A stretch of DNA of 64,000 nucleotides from Octopus vulgaris (Eukaryota). Of the stretch, positions 31,854-43,498 are shown one piece after another. Each line of letters opens with the position of its first letter. The first letter of the stretch is position 1. Location of the stretch: contig OX597824.1 of the NCBI GenBank assembly GCA_951406725.2, positions 88,226,001 to 88,290,000 of the forward strand, given 5' to 3'. The translations under genes were made by a program, and so were the position numbers. A model generated the notes under the pieces. That model was not told the origin of the DNA. It was given only the letters and a program-made list of their open reading frames with translations, and searched no databases.

Positions 31854-34682
31854 ATTTAATCAACATATATCCTTCTCAGAGTCACACACTTATTGCAGTG
31901 ATCCTTGAGTTTTTTAAGTCCTGCAAGAGAACTCAGAAGGTTGAGCCTTCTAACAGGCCCTTCATGATACCCTTAAAACAAGGAACTTTCAGCACCCCCT
32001 TGTAGAAAAGCAAAATTTTTTCTCTCCTTTTGAGACAGGACTTCAACAACTTGGAGGAATGGATCTTATTTAGTCACAAGGTACCACAGTGGGACAGACC
32101 CTAGAACCATGTGGTTCTTAAAGGAGATCTCTATGTAGTTGCTTAACCTACTAGAAACAACAGCTAAATTTTTCTCAAATTTGATACTAGTATTAAAAAA
32201 AGGAAGGACTGGAATGTGATAATCAGTTTCAACATTGGTCTGCTCAGTCAGAGCTGAGCTTGGACTCAACAACAACCAGTATTACTGATACCAGAAGACT
32301 ACCTGATGAATCATTAAAATATTTGTTACTGACAAGCCATAGAAAAAGCTCTATGCAGTTACTTTGACCCGCTAGAAATAGTAGCCAACTCTCACTCAAC
32401 TCACATACTATTAGCTTAACCCTTTCGTTACCGTATTTATTTTGAGATGCTCTGTTTTTCATTCAATTAATTTTAAATATAAGAAAGAATTTAGTAAAAG
32501 AACTTAGTTATCATTCAGCTAGTGTTAGGAACATAAATTGTGACTAAGGTTTGGTGGAAGATTTTAATTCAAAACTTATGAAAACAAGACATTTGTACTC
32601 CAGAGCCAGGGGCGGTTTTGGCCAGGTTGGTATCAAAAGAGTTAAGTATATGTTGCTGAGAAGTCAAAGAAATCATGCTCTCTAAAACAACTATTTTCTA
32701 CGAAAAAGATCGCCTATAATTCCAGTAAGTAGACAATAGGATTTAAAGTTCCACAGTAGAAATCCGAACAATAAATTTCTCTCAATAATACATTAGGTTA
32801 ATACAAAGGATTCCCCACTAATAGCAGTAAGATATATTAAAAAAAAAATCCTGTAAAAACATTTAATTATGGAAAAGCACTGAATAATAAAATAAAGGGG
32901 GTTGATGAAATTTAGAAATATACTGTGTAACTTACATTTTGAGAATTTTTGGCAATTTTGAAGAATAGGCGTCAGTAGTCATTAATAACCTTTAAAATAG
33001 AAAAAAAAAACAGTTCATTCTAAAATACAATTCTGGGAAAATGATTCTAGTATAATGTAAACCATGTCATATCAAACTATATCAATATTCCCACCAAGGA
33101 ATAACAGGGTGTGAGAGAAGCCTTCCACCTTATAAAAATGCATATTCTTCTGTAATTTCTGCCTCTATTCCCTGACCACATAACTTCACCAATATTTTCT
33201 ACACTATCTCTTGTCTAAAGTAAAAGAAATAGAAATTTCCTTGTAATACTAATTAGAAGTTAGCCAACCCCATTGAAACATAGCCAACCTGACACCTTCA
33301 AATGCTCTCCAAACACCAATATGATAACTAGACCCAAATCCCAGGGTATAATCACTAAAAACTCTAGCTGCACTTCTACCAACCTGATCTGCTGCATTAC
33401 ATGCAAAGATGAAAGAGGACACTGTTTAAATGACTGTTTTTCAAAAAAACTTCATTACATTATCCACTGCACTCAGAGCAAACCTCAACATTTCAACTTT
33501 GCATAGCCATGCTGCTGATCACCTCTGTGCTTGAAATTTATGAACACCACAGTTCCCCATATTGTCAGAATATGGGGAACTATATTCATAATGAAAAGTA
33601 ACTTATCTTCACACTTGGCACTACTTCACTCACAGGCCTTAATGAATGATTTTACATAACAAGTAAAAATCTTTTTTTTATATATTTTAAGTATTCATCC
33701 CCACCTCCTTTTCATTCCAGCTAATCTTCCTTCCATGTATAATTTCACCATGATAGATACCATCTCCTCCCACACATATATCTACAAACTTTTTTAACAC
33801 TGTTTATCAACTTCTACCTAAATATCCATAAAATTATTCTCATAGGCACACATACTGAACTTTGTCACTACTCATATTTTTTCACTTCTATAAACTATCA
33901 CTTGTGTCCACTGACCTCTAGTTAAACAACACTACACAAAAATGAATATTTTGAATTTCGTTACTTTTTCTTCCTTCCAATACTTTACCTACACACACTT
34001 CATCCATTGACCCTCTCTCTCCTTACCCTATCTAAATCTATAGTTTAGAAAATCTCTTTTCTCAAACGAAGGGTTGGTCTGGGAACATCAGATTCCTTTT
34101 CTCCTTCAAACTTATGTATTTCACTCTATAATTTTTGCCAACACAAAGGACCACCAGCTTCTTAGAACTTATATATCAAAGGAGGAGGGGCATTTTTATG
34201 GTGATAACCAGGCCCTCTCAGATCAAAGGCATTGTTGTTCAGTTCAAACTTCTAGAGGCTGATGTCTGTATGGGAAAAGGTGGAGCAAAAAGAACTTTCA
34301 GAGGTATAACAATCTGAAGAAGAATTGGATGTATGGGCAATATTTTCTGAACAAGAAATCTAAATGATACAGAAGACATTACAGTGGACTATATTTGCTA
34401 AATACTCTTTTACTTGTTTCAGTCATTTGACTGCGGCCATGCTGGAGCACCGCCTTTAGCCGAGCAAATCGACCCCAGCACTTATTCTTTGTAAGCCTAC
34501 TACTTATTCTATCGGTCTCTTTTTCCGAACCGCTAACTTACGGGAATGTAAACACACCAACATCAGTTGTCAAGTGATGTTGGGGGACAAACAGACACAC
34601 GCACACATATATATATATATATACATATATATATAATGCAAAATAAGAAAAGGAGAAATACCCCTATCTCAATTTGTAATTT

Positions 34683-34736
<54 letters not shown>

Positions 34737-35509
34737 GCTTCTTTTCAGTTTCCATCTACCAAATCCACTCACAAGGCATTGGTCGGCCCAAGGCTATAGT
34801 AGAAGACACTTGCCCAAGGTGCCACGCAGTGGGACTGAACCCGGAACCATGTGGTTGGTAAGCAAGCTAAATATCACACAGTCCCTCCTGCGGCTATGCA
34901 ATATCAAAATATTTCCTTGATATGTTACTAGACTTGCTACAGTTCTTGCTATATCAGGTACATATGCTGCTGTGTATTACATTATATCAATCCAGCTTCC
35001 ATTGCATTTGAAATATTCTCCTTGAAATTATTATTTATAGGGGAAAAAATACACAATGGTGGAATATTTCACCAGGAGTAAAAGAATTTGTGAATCTAAA
35101 TCAGTTTGAACTAAGGTGACCCCTTTTGTTACTGTATTTATTTTGAGATACTCTGTGTTTCTTTCAATTACTTTAAATATAACAAAGAATTTAGTAAAAT
35201 AACATGGTTATCATAAAGTTAGTGTTAGGAACATAAATTGTGATTAAAGTCTGGTGGAAGATTTTAACTCAAAACTTGTGAAAACAAGATATTTGTATTC
35301 AGTCAGAGCCGGTTTCAGCCGGGTTGGTAACGAAAGGGATCATCTAATTGGAAAAAGTTAATAATTGTTAATTTTACAAAAATGAGCTAAAGAAAACAAC
35401 TCAGATGGGCTAATGGTCTGGATTTGAGTAGTTAGTCAATAATGTAGACAAAAAAAAAGGGCTCGAAGCTAGCAATCAAAGATTATTTGGCCTTCAAGAA
35501 ATCAAGAAT

Positions 35510-35795
35510 GGTCCAAGTACCGGTGTACTTCGGAAGTACCAGATACATTTAAAAAGTGGGTTTTTTTTTTTATATATGGGGGGTTAGGGTTGGGGTTTGT
35601 GTTAGGGTGTGTGGCGATGCTTTGGTATATGTACACACGTGACTTTGTTTACATTTCTGAAGATAACAGAAACCCTTTTCTCCCACCCCTAACAGAAACC
35701 CTAACCCTAACCCCCCATATATATAAAAAAAACACTTTTTTGAAATGTATCCGGTACTTCCGGAAGTACACCGGTACTTATAACGTAACATCGCC
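35510..35795. mobile_element. MITE with about 95-bp TIRs containing TTAGGG repeats
   Basis: AAGTACCGGTGTACTTCGGAAGTACC...GGTTAGGGTT versus its reverse complement at 35690-35779. Confidence 0.75.
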
Positions 35796-36459
35796 TAAGA
35801 ATTAATTTTTCAAAATTAAAATACATGCTTAGGGAAAATTTGATCTTTGTTTGCAGACAAAGGAACAACTATGAGCATGTTTTGATCTTATTGAACCTCA
35901 TCAACATAGCTTACTGAAGCCCGCTTAAATAATTTGATAAAAGTTTACATATAGAAAAATAGATGCGACGATTTTGAAGTCGGTAATAATTTATATAATT
36001 AAAGAAATAAACTCAGCTAAGAAGAATAACTCAAATGAGCGTGAATGGGCATGAAATTAGGTAATTGTAAAAGGATGATGAGTTGAAAATAAAATAATAA
36101 TCGTTATATCAGGTACGAGGTCAGGTTGAACTGCTAAAGTTCAGGTATCAATATGAAAATAGCTTTCATAATTCAAGTCTTGCCTGCGATAGTTAACAGC
36201 GATAAATCGATATTATCTGGTTTCATTTTTATATTTTCCAATTTTCCAACATTTTCTCGATGTAAACTAAAAAACGGAGATGAACTATATTTGAAATAAC
36301 AATATTTTTAACACTTCACCAAACTACCTGTATAAATGCACTTTCCAAATGCATAAACCAAATTAAAAGTGTATAACGATTGATTATCGATCCAGATGTA
36401 AGCAAGAGCTTTTCTAACGTAAACAAATGCTGTTGATCAATTAATTACTGACACTTTTG

Positions 36460-36500
36460 GTGCTTGCTCCAGCAGCACATACATTAAATTTGCAATTATA
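36460..36500 (+). pseudogene. Truncated U6 snRNA fragment (5' end)
   Basis: GTGCTTGCTCCAGCAGCACATACATTAAATTTGCAATTATA matches the U6 5' end (GTGCTCGCTTCGGCAGCACATATACTAAAATTGGAACGATA) at 32/41 without gaps; no ACAGAGA box follows. Confidence 0.7.
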
Positions 36501-37284
36501 AATAATTTGTTGCAAAATTCATCATGTAATGAATTTGTTTACAGACACATTTATGAATTAAAACCTGATCCAAAAAACACAATCCGTCTGATAGAATGCG
36601 AGTTGGTTATTAAATAACTTACTGTTTATAGTGGAACCCAAGATAATTGAGGTTTTAAAAAGCGCCCTTTAGAATCAATTAAACCATCTAAATGTGAAAG
36701 TAGCTCCGTTATGTTCGTAGAAATCGTTTATTATGATATATTTTTTAAAATGTACAGCTTCAGTTTAAAATATTTTATTTTTAAAAATTAATTGCAGCTG
36801 AAAATATTTTCAAACGATTTTTATTACAGGAAAAATAATAAAATAACGATTTTTTTCTGAATGGGTTTTTCTTCTTTTTTTTATTAAGATAGACGTTTAT
36901 TGCATTGAATTGATTCTCGGTATATTGCTGCTGCTACTACTTATTTTATCAATCCTCTAGGGTTGGAATAACGAAATCGATCATCCAATAGGACTTTGAA
37001 CTTAAAATGGAACGGAAAAATAACGAAACATGCAACAAAAATATGTGCTAGTTTCATAAACATCACCATTCATATGGAACGAGTGAAAAAAGAAGTACGG
37101 CTGAACAGACGTGCTACAATATCTTGATTACTCGGTTTCTCTGATAGGAATTAGACCAGTAAAATAAAGCCACACGACAGTTAGTACATCAACCCCTTAA
37201 CTTTTTTCCCCCCGTTAACAAACGTTTCAACTGATATACCCGCCAGTCTTCATCAGGTGTCTTGGGGAAATTTTGAACCTGGGT

Positions 37285-37573
37285 GGATCTTTTGAACGGC
37301 AGTTTTCAACACAGTATCTAGTTAACTAAACACTTTTAAACTTCGTATACTGGTAGAATATGTCAAAATAAAACATTTTTTTCTCTTGGCTTTCTTGAGA
37401 AAATTGTAATTTTTATGTCTAACGTAGTTTAATTTTTCGAATTTTAACCAATCCTATGCCCTCTATTGAGCTAAAATCATTTATTTTGACACATTCTACC
37501 AGTATACGAAGTTTAAAAGTGTTTAGTTAACTAGAAATTGTGTTGAAAACTGCCGTTCAAAAGGAAAAGATCC
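37285..37573. mobile_element. Merlin-like MITE (same family as 20356-20772)
   Basis: GGATC...GATCC termini, long inverted arms, 8-bp TSD ACCTGGG(T/A). Confidence 0.8.
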
Positions 37574-37693
37574 ACCTGGGATCTCATTCCTAAGGTATTT
37601 TTCGACATACATATATGTGCGCTCGCTCGCTCGCGCACACACATTTGGATATACTAGTTTAACTAAAACAAGTTAACACAAATTGGGCTTAGA

Positions 37694-37724
37694 TGACGCA
37701 TATTGTATTCCATAGTTTTCCCGC
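37694..37724 (+). promoter_or_regulatory. Putative promoter elements of the MTLN-like/ASRGL1 transcript
   Basis: TGACG half-CRE at 37694 and E2F-like TTTCCCGC at 37717-37724, just upstream of the ORF. Confidence 0.3.
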
Positions 37725-37749
37725 TAGTCAAGCATGATTGAGTTTTAAA

Positions 37750-37989
37750 ATGCTCGTCAAAATGCACGCCACGGGCAGGGAAATTGTTGTAGCGGCTTCA
37801 GTTGCATTTGTCTTGGGTGTTGTAGTCGGATACAAATTAAAAACTTTACGTGTAAGCTATCTGAAGAGAGTGAAAAGCTTTTATGCTAAAAAGGCTGCTA
37901 AAATACAGAAGAAAATCGAAGAAGAAACTGGTTCGACCTGTTTTGACGACCCTTCGACTCATTCAAAAGCAGCACAGATTCCCGTCTAG
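37750..37989 (+). CDS. MTLN: Mitoregulin (MTLN/MOXI/MPM)-like single-pass microprotein, 75-79 aa (ATG at 37750 or 37762)
   Basis: MHATGREIVVAASVAFVLGVVVGYKLKTLRVSYLKRVKSFYAKKAAKIQKKIEEE aligns without gaps to human mitoregulin as recalled (17/53 identities: VAF..GV..G.....LR..YL...K.....K.A..QKK); hydrophobic helix followed by a basic coiled segment; unique non-repeat sequence. Confidence 0.8.
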   Translation: MLVKMHATGREIVVAASVAFVLGVVVGYKLKTLRVSYLKRVKSFYAKKAAKIQKKIEEETGSTCFDDPSTHSKAAQIPV

Positions 37990-38396
37990 TTTAAAATATA
38001 TCTAAAATATAAAAGAAAAACTGTCCGTTTTTACAAATAATCATATATATTTAGAAATCTATTTTTATTCAATATCATCAAGTATTCAGGTAAGTAAATA
38101 TATTTGTTATTTCTTTATTTAAGAAAGGACGGAAAGGTCACGTTGGCACCAAGTCGAGAAGGCCTCTCTGGTCGCAAGTTTTCGGGTCCTAATCATTTCG
38201 GGCTTTTTTTTGTGTGTTTTACCTTATATCATTTTGCATCCCCAGCCTTTTACATGAAACAGGTTGAAAGGGGTTTACTACTTGAGAACAGTGGTCCCGG
38301 TGCGCGCACTCGCGTTGTCTAAACTTTACCGGTGCTCTACTCAACATTTAAACATACTAATCGAATTATACGTATTTGTCCAAATTATTTATTATT

Positions 38397-38436
<40 letters not shown>

Positions 38437-38439
38437 ATA

Positions 38440-38530
38440 GGAAAAGGTAAAGAATATGCACACCCGGTGTTTAAGTTTAGGGTTAGGGTTACACTGAAAA
38501 TGGGCGGTGTGCATATTCTTTATCTCTGCC
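38440..38530. mobile_element. Very short MITE
   Basis: Inverted ends TAAAGAATATGCACACC / GGTGTGCATATTCTTTA around TTAGGGTTAGGGTTA. Confidence 0.6.
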
Positions 38531-39145
38531 ATGTATGTATGTGTGTGTGTGTAAATTAAGTACCAGTTACGCACTGGGGTCGATGTAATCAACTTAATCC
38601 CTTTGTCTGTCCTTGTTTGTCCGTTCTATGTTTAGCCCCTTGTGGGTAGTAAAGAAATAAGAATCATTAGCACACTGGCTGAAATGCTTTGCGGTATTTC
38701 ATCTATCTTTACGTTTTGAGTTCAAATTCTAGCAAGGTCAACTTTGCCTTTCATCCTTTTGTAGGGGTCAATAAATTAAGTACCAGTTACATACTGGGGT
38801 CAATCTAATTGACTGCCATCCTCCCCCACAAAATTTTGAACCTTGTGTCTAGAGTAGAAAAGAATACCACCATATATATGATTAAAGCGTGTTCGGAGGA
38901 GTTTTTTGAAGTCTTTGTTTCAGTGCTCCTTAAATTTTTCACCAATATTTGGGGCTTTTTATCTATGTAAGATTGTGTGCAATTTGCACACAATCTTGCA
39001 CCGTGGCCCTTTCATACACTTTAGTATATATGATTCTTTACTTATATACACACACATATATACATATTGTTTTTAAAGCACACATGTTTAAATATTTTAA
39101 TAAAGAAACTGGCAAAATAGAAAACAAGAAGAGACCGGCTGAAAT

Positions 39146-39341
39146 ATGAATGATATAAAGCCCATTATAGCCATCCATGGTGGAGCTTGGGCTATACCTG
39201 ATGATATGTCTGAAAGAAGTATAGAAGGAGTAAAACTTGCTGCTAATTTGGGATTTATGAAACTAAAGCAAAATGGAAGTGCAATAGATGCTGTTGTGAC
39301 TGCTGTGACAAGTCTTGAGAATGATCCGGTCTTTGATGCTG
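39146..39341 (+). CDS. ASRGL1: ASRGL1 coding exon 1
   Basis: [15 protein letters not shown]...DPVFDAG; donor GTATGT. Confidence 0.95.
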
Positions 39342-42300
39342 GTATGTAACTTTTTAAAACCCATTTCTCCATAAACACGTCGGTCTCTGTTTAAATTTGT
39401 TACTATCAGAAATATTTTTGTTGATAAGTTTTTTTTGTAGTTAAGAATTTGTTGAAACAAAATGCACCATTTATGGATAGATATGTACTTTATTTCTGTA
39501 TTTCTCATAGACACTATAAACTCCATTTATATTGCATTCATCTGCACTGCCGTTAGTCTGTTTTAGCCACAGGTTGTCTTAATCTATTTAACCCTTTAGT
39601 AATTTATACCGACCATATCCGGCCCAAATATTCTACTTGTTCTATGTTCAAACTGGCAGGATCTGGCTTTGCACACTTATCCTACAATGTCATTCTAAGA
39701 ATAAGCAATCACATCCTCAAAATTTCTATACTATGATGTCTTTGCATGATTAACTCAAAGCAATATGAATAAATAAGCATTACATTTCACAGAATAATCT
39801 GAATACTAAAGGGTTAAACAATAGTTGATGGGTAAAAATACATTCTCAATTTAAACTTCTTGCTCATTAGCAGTATTTCCTATGAATTGGTAAAATTTGA
39901 CATCAATTTTATCACCACAGATGTACACCAACAGTTTCTTACGAATTTACAATTCACTCCTGGTACCAAAAAGCTTTGCCATCCTTGAATTAAAGTATCA
40001 AGCAAATTAATTTTGATAGTTTAATCTCTCTATATATAAAGCTGAAGTTTTGTCTGTGTATGGCAGGTTTGGTAGCCTTCAACTAACACTATCTCCTCCG
40101 AGACCCTGCAGCGCAAGTTGACCAAAATTAAAAGTATGATAGAAGAAGGCTTGCTCTTCATTCTGTAGAAGATAAAATTCAAATAAGACCATGTTAGCAC
40201 CAAAAATTATTTACATCAAAAAGGTGCTTTTTTTCTATGAAAATCCCTATTTTCTACGATTTTTTTACTGCTGTGTCGCCATTTTTCGGTGTATTTCAAA
40301 CCAGAAAAATGTTCGCTTAAAAAGAATAACAAGCTACATAATGCAAAATTTTTACTTTTCAAAAATTCCAATTCTAAAGGGTCGAAACAAACCCAAGCAA
40401 CACCGGGCGATACTGCTTGTGATAAAATATTTTTCATAAAGACATGAGTCAGAGAACATTTAACATTCACTGTTGATTACAATATTTCATAGTCTGCATT
40501 ATCAAATTCTCTAAATTAACTGACTACAGTTAGTGTTATATACTCATGTGTGTTGTAGAAGATTGAGCTATTTTCTCATATTTACACGTTCTTTTACTAA
40601 CTTTCATTCATTAGGCACCGGATCTGTGCTTAACAGCATTGGTGAAGTTGAAATGGATGCTATGATTATGGAAGGTTCTGCACTAAACAGTGGTGCCGTT
40701 GCTTGTGTGCAGAACATTGCTAACCCTATACAACTAGCTCAAATTGTTATGGAAAGGGTAATATTCTTTTAAATATTAGACTAATCTGCAATGTTTTAGT
40801 TTGTACATTCAATTCCCTCTACAAGCATTGGGTTGTCTTAGAAAAACATTTAAACCTGTTTTTTGAGTTCTATAAAAATTCTAAATATATTGGTTTTACT
40901 GACATAGACACAAGGCTACAAATTTTTAGAAATGAATATGATTGATTTTGTTAACTGCAATGTTTGACAGAGACTTTACTTTTTCAACTCTGAAAGGATT
41001 TGAGCTTAAAATATATATAAAAAAAAACCAGTAGCGTAATGAAATGTTGGTTTCAAATTTTAGCACAAAGCCATCAATTTCAGGGGAGGGTTTGAGTCGA
41101 TTACATCAACCCTAGTTTTTAACTGGTACCTATTTTATGAAGTACTAGCACTATGACCCAGCAATGCTGGGTCATAGTGCTAGTGCATGCATATGCAGCT
41201 GCGTGTGTGCGCACATACACATGAGTACTGTCCAAATCTCTGACCAATCACATACAGCTAGCTGGCATTCAATTGGTGTATCAAGTTTCGGGCATTTTGA
41301 TTGGGTTTTGGATAGAAAATCCACAAAAAAGTCCCTTCTATTGATTTTTGAATGGCTTTGCAGGGTGACTGTGGAAATGTAAAGATGTGCACGACCACCC
41401 TTGGACGGTTTTGAATGACCATAGAAAGTGCGAGCCCTCTAACGGAAAAATTGTGGATTTGTATAAAGGACACACACACACACATACAAACAGACATTTT
41501 GCTGTTTATATATATAGAGATGAAAGGCAAAGTCAACCTTGGCAGAATTTGAACTCAGAATGTAAAGATGGATGAAATGCTGCTTAGTGTTTTGCTTGGT
41601 GCGCTAACGATTCTGCCAACTTGCTGCCTTGGTATAAGGAAATTTTGGTTTTCAAATTTTGGCACAACGCCAGCAATTTTGGGGGAGGGCATAAATTGAT
41701 TACATCAACACCCCCAGTGCTCAACTGGTACTTATTTTATTCTTTTCTACTCTAGGCACAAGGCCCAAAATTTTGGGGGGAAGATGTGGGGGGGGGACAG
41801 TCAATTAGATCGATTCCTCCAGTATGCAACTGGTACTTATTTTATTGACCCAGAAAGGATGAAAGACTAAGTGAACCTCAGCTGAATTTGAACTCAAGAC
41901 ATAAAGGTGGACGAAATGTTGCTAAGCATTTTGCCTGGTGTGCTAACGATTCTGCCAACATGCCACCTTAGAAGGCATTATATTTGATGCCCCTCAGATT
42001 CTTCCAGTTCATTTACTATGTCATGTCCACAGACAAGAAGTAGTAACTTTTAAAAATATTCTATTATTCTTCTGCTCCTTACATTATTTTCCCCATATCT
42101 AAACTTGGGAGGCCTGTGTTTAGTAGCTTTTTCCTATGTCATGCTCACAGACAAAAAGTAGTATTATGGAGATGTACTTGCATAGCAAGCGACCTGATCT
42201 GAGATCATGTGCTGAAACAAAAACAATTGCTGTGTGGAAGGGGTTTATAAGCCATTTAAAAACACACAAAAACCGTTAGATTCACTTCAACATATAAATT

Positions 42301-43448
42301 TAATTTGCCAAAATATTTTCGTTGCTTTGGGACCACAACCATGGAATTTTGTCAGTGAACAGGTCGCAGTCTCAAAGTGACAGAAATATCTTGACAAATT
42401 AAATTTAAATGAATCTAACGGTTTTTGTGTGTTTTTAAATGGCTTATAAACACCTTCCACACTGCAAAAAGTAGTCCCTTTTTTAAAAATTCTATTCTTC
42501 TGCTCCTTACATTATTTCCTTGTTCTCACATACTCTTACAGTTGGTTTCTCCTATCTTTGACCATCCCCTTTTCTTGTCATATTCAATATTAATCTGTTC
42601 AGTTTTGTTACTTCTTCCTCCTCCTCCCTCTTCACTTTGTCATGCATCTCTCACTACATCTCATCCACGTTTGTTTTTTAGCAACAATAATTTATTGTTA
42701 ATTACTGGTTCTAATGTAATATCTTGTTTTCCTTCGTAATTTCACAGACAGATCATGTGTTGTTAGTGGGTAAAGGAGCTAATGCTTTTGCTGAAGAGCA
42801 TGGTGTATCTACTGTCCCAACTGAGGTTTTAGTTACAGAAAGTGCTAAAAAGGAATGGCAAACCTATATGGAATTTAAGAGCACTATTAAAAATCTATTT
42901 CAATCATCAAAACAAGTGTAAGTTGGTTTTTAAGTTATCATATTTATTCACATTTAATATGCACTTTCCTCCAGATTCTTAAACCTAACATTTGTATTAT
43001 GTATTCATCATCATCATCATTTAACGTCTGTTTTCCATGACATGATTCCCATCACTATTACACAAATAGTGATAGGAACAAATAGACATGAAACACATAG
43101 GTCCAACTTCTCTGCTCTTTTTTTAAGTTTTTATTTTTTCCTGCACTGATGAGTACTTTGATATTTACAAATTCTGAAACTGAATTTATATCTATGTATG
43201 AAACGATCGTATGCATGAATAAACTTCTTACAGCTATTTAACATCTTATCTCCTCTATTTTTGACAAATATGATTAGATTTGTAGAACTTCATTCTATCA
43301 CTTAATCATATACTTAATATACTAATACAACTTTTCATATCTATGCCAAATTACACCAGTAAATTCTCAGCGAAATAATCAATGTCAGAAATATTTTTGG
43401 AAACCATTCCAGTTGAAGGACGAATCCACATTCTACCTTATACACACA

Positions 43449-43498
<50 letters not shown>

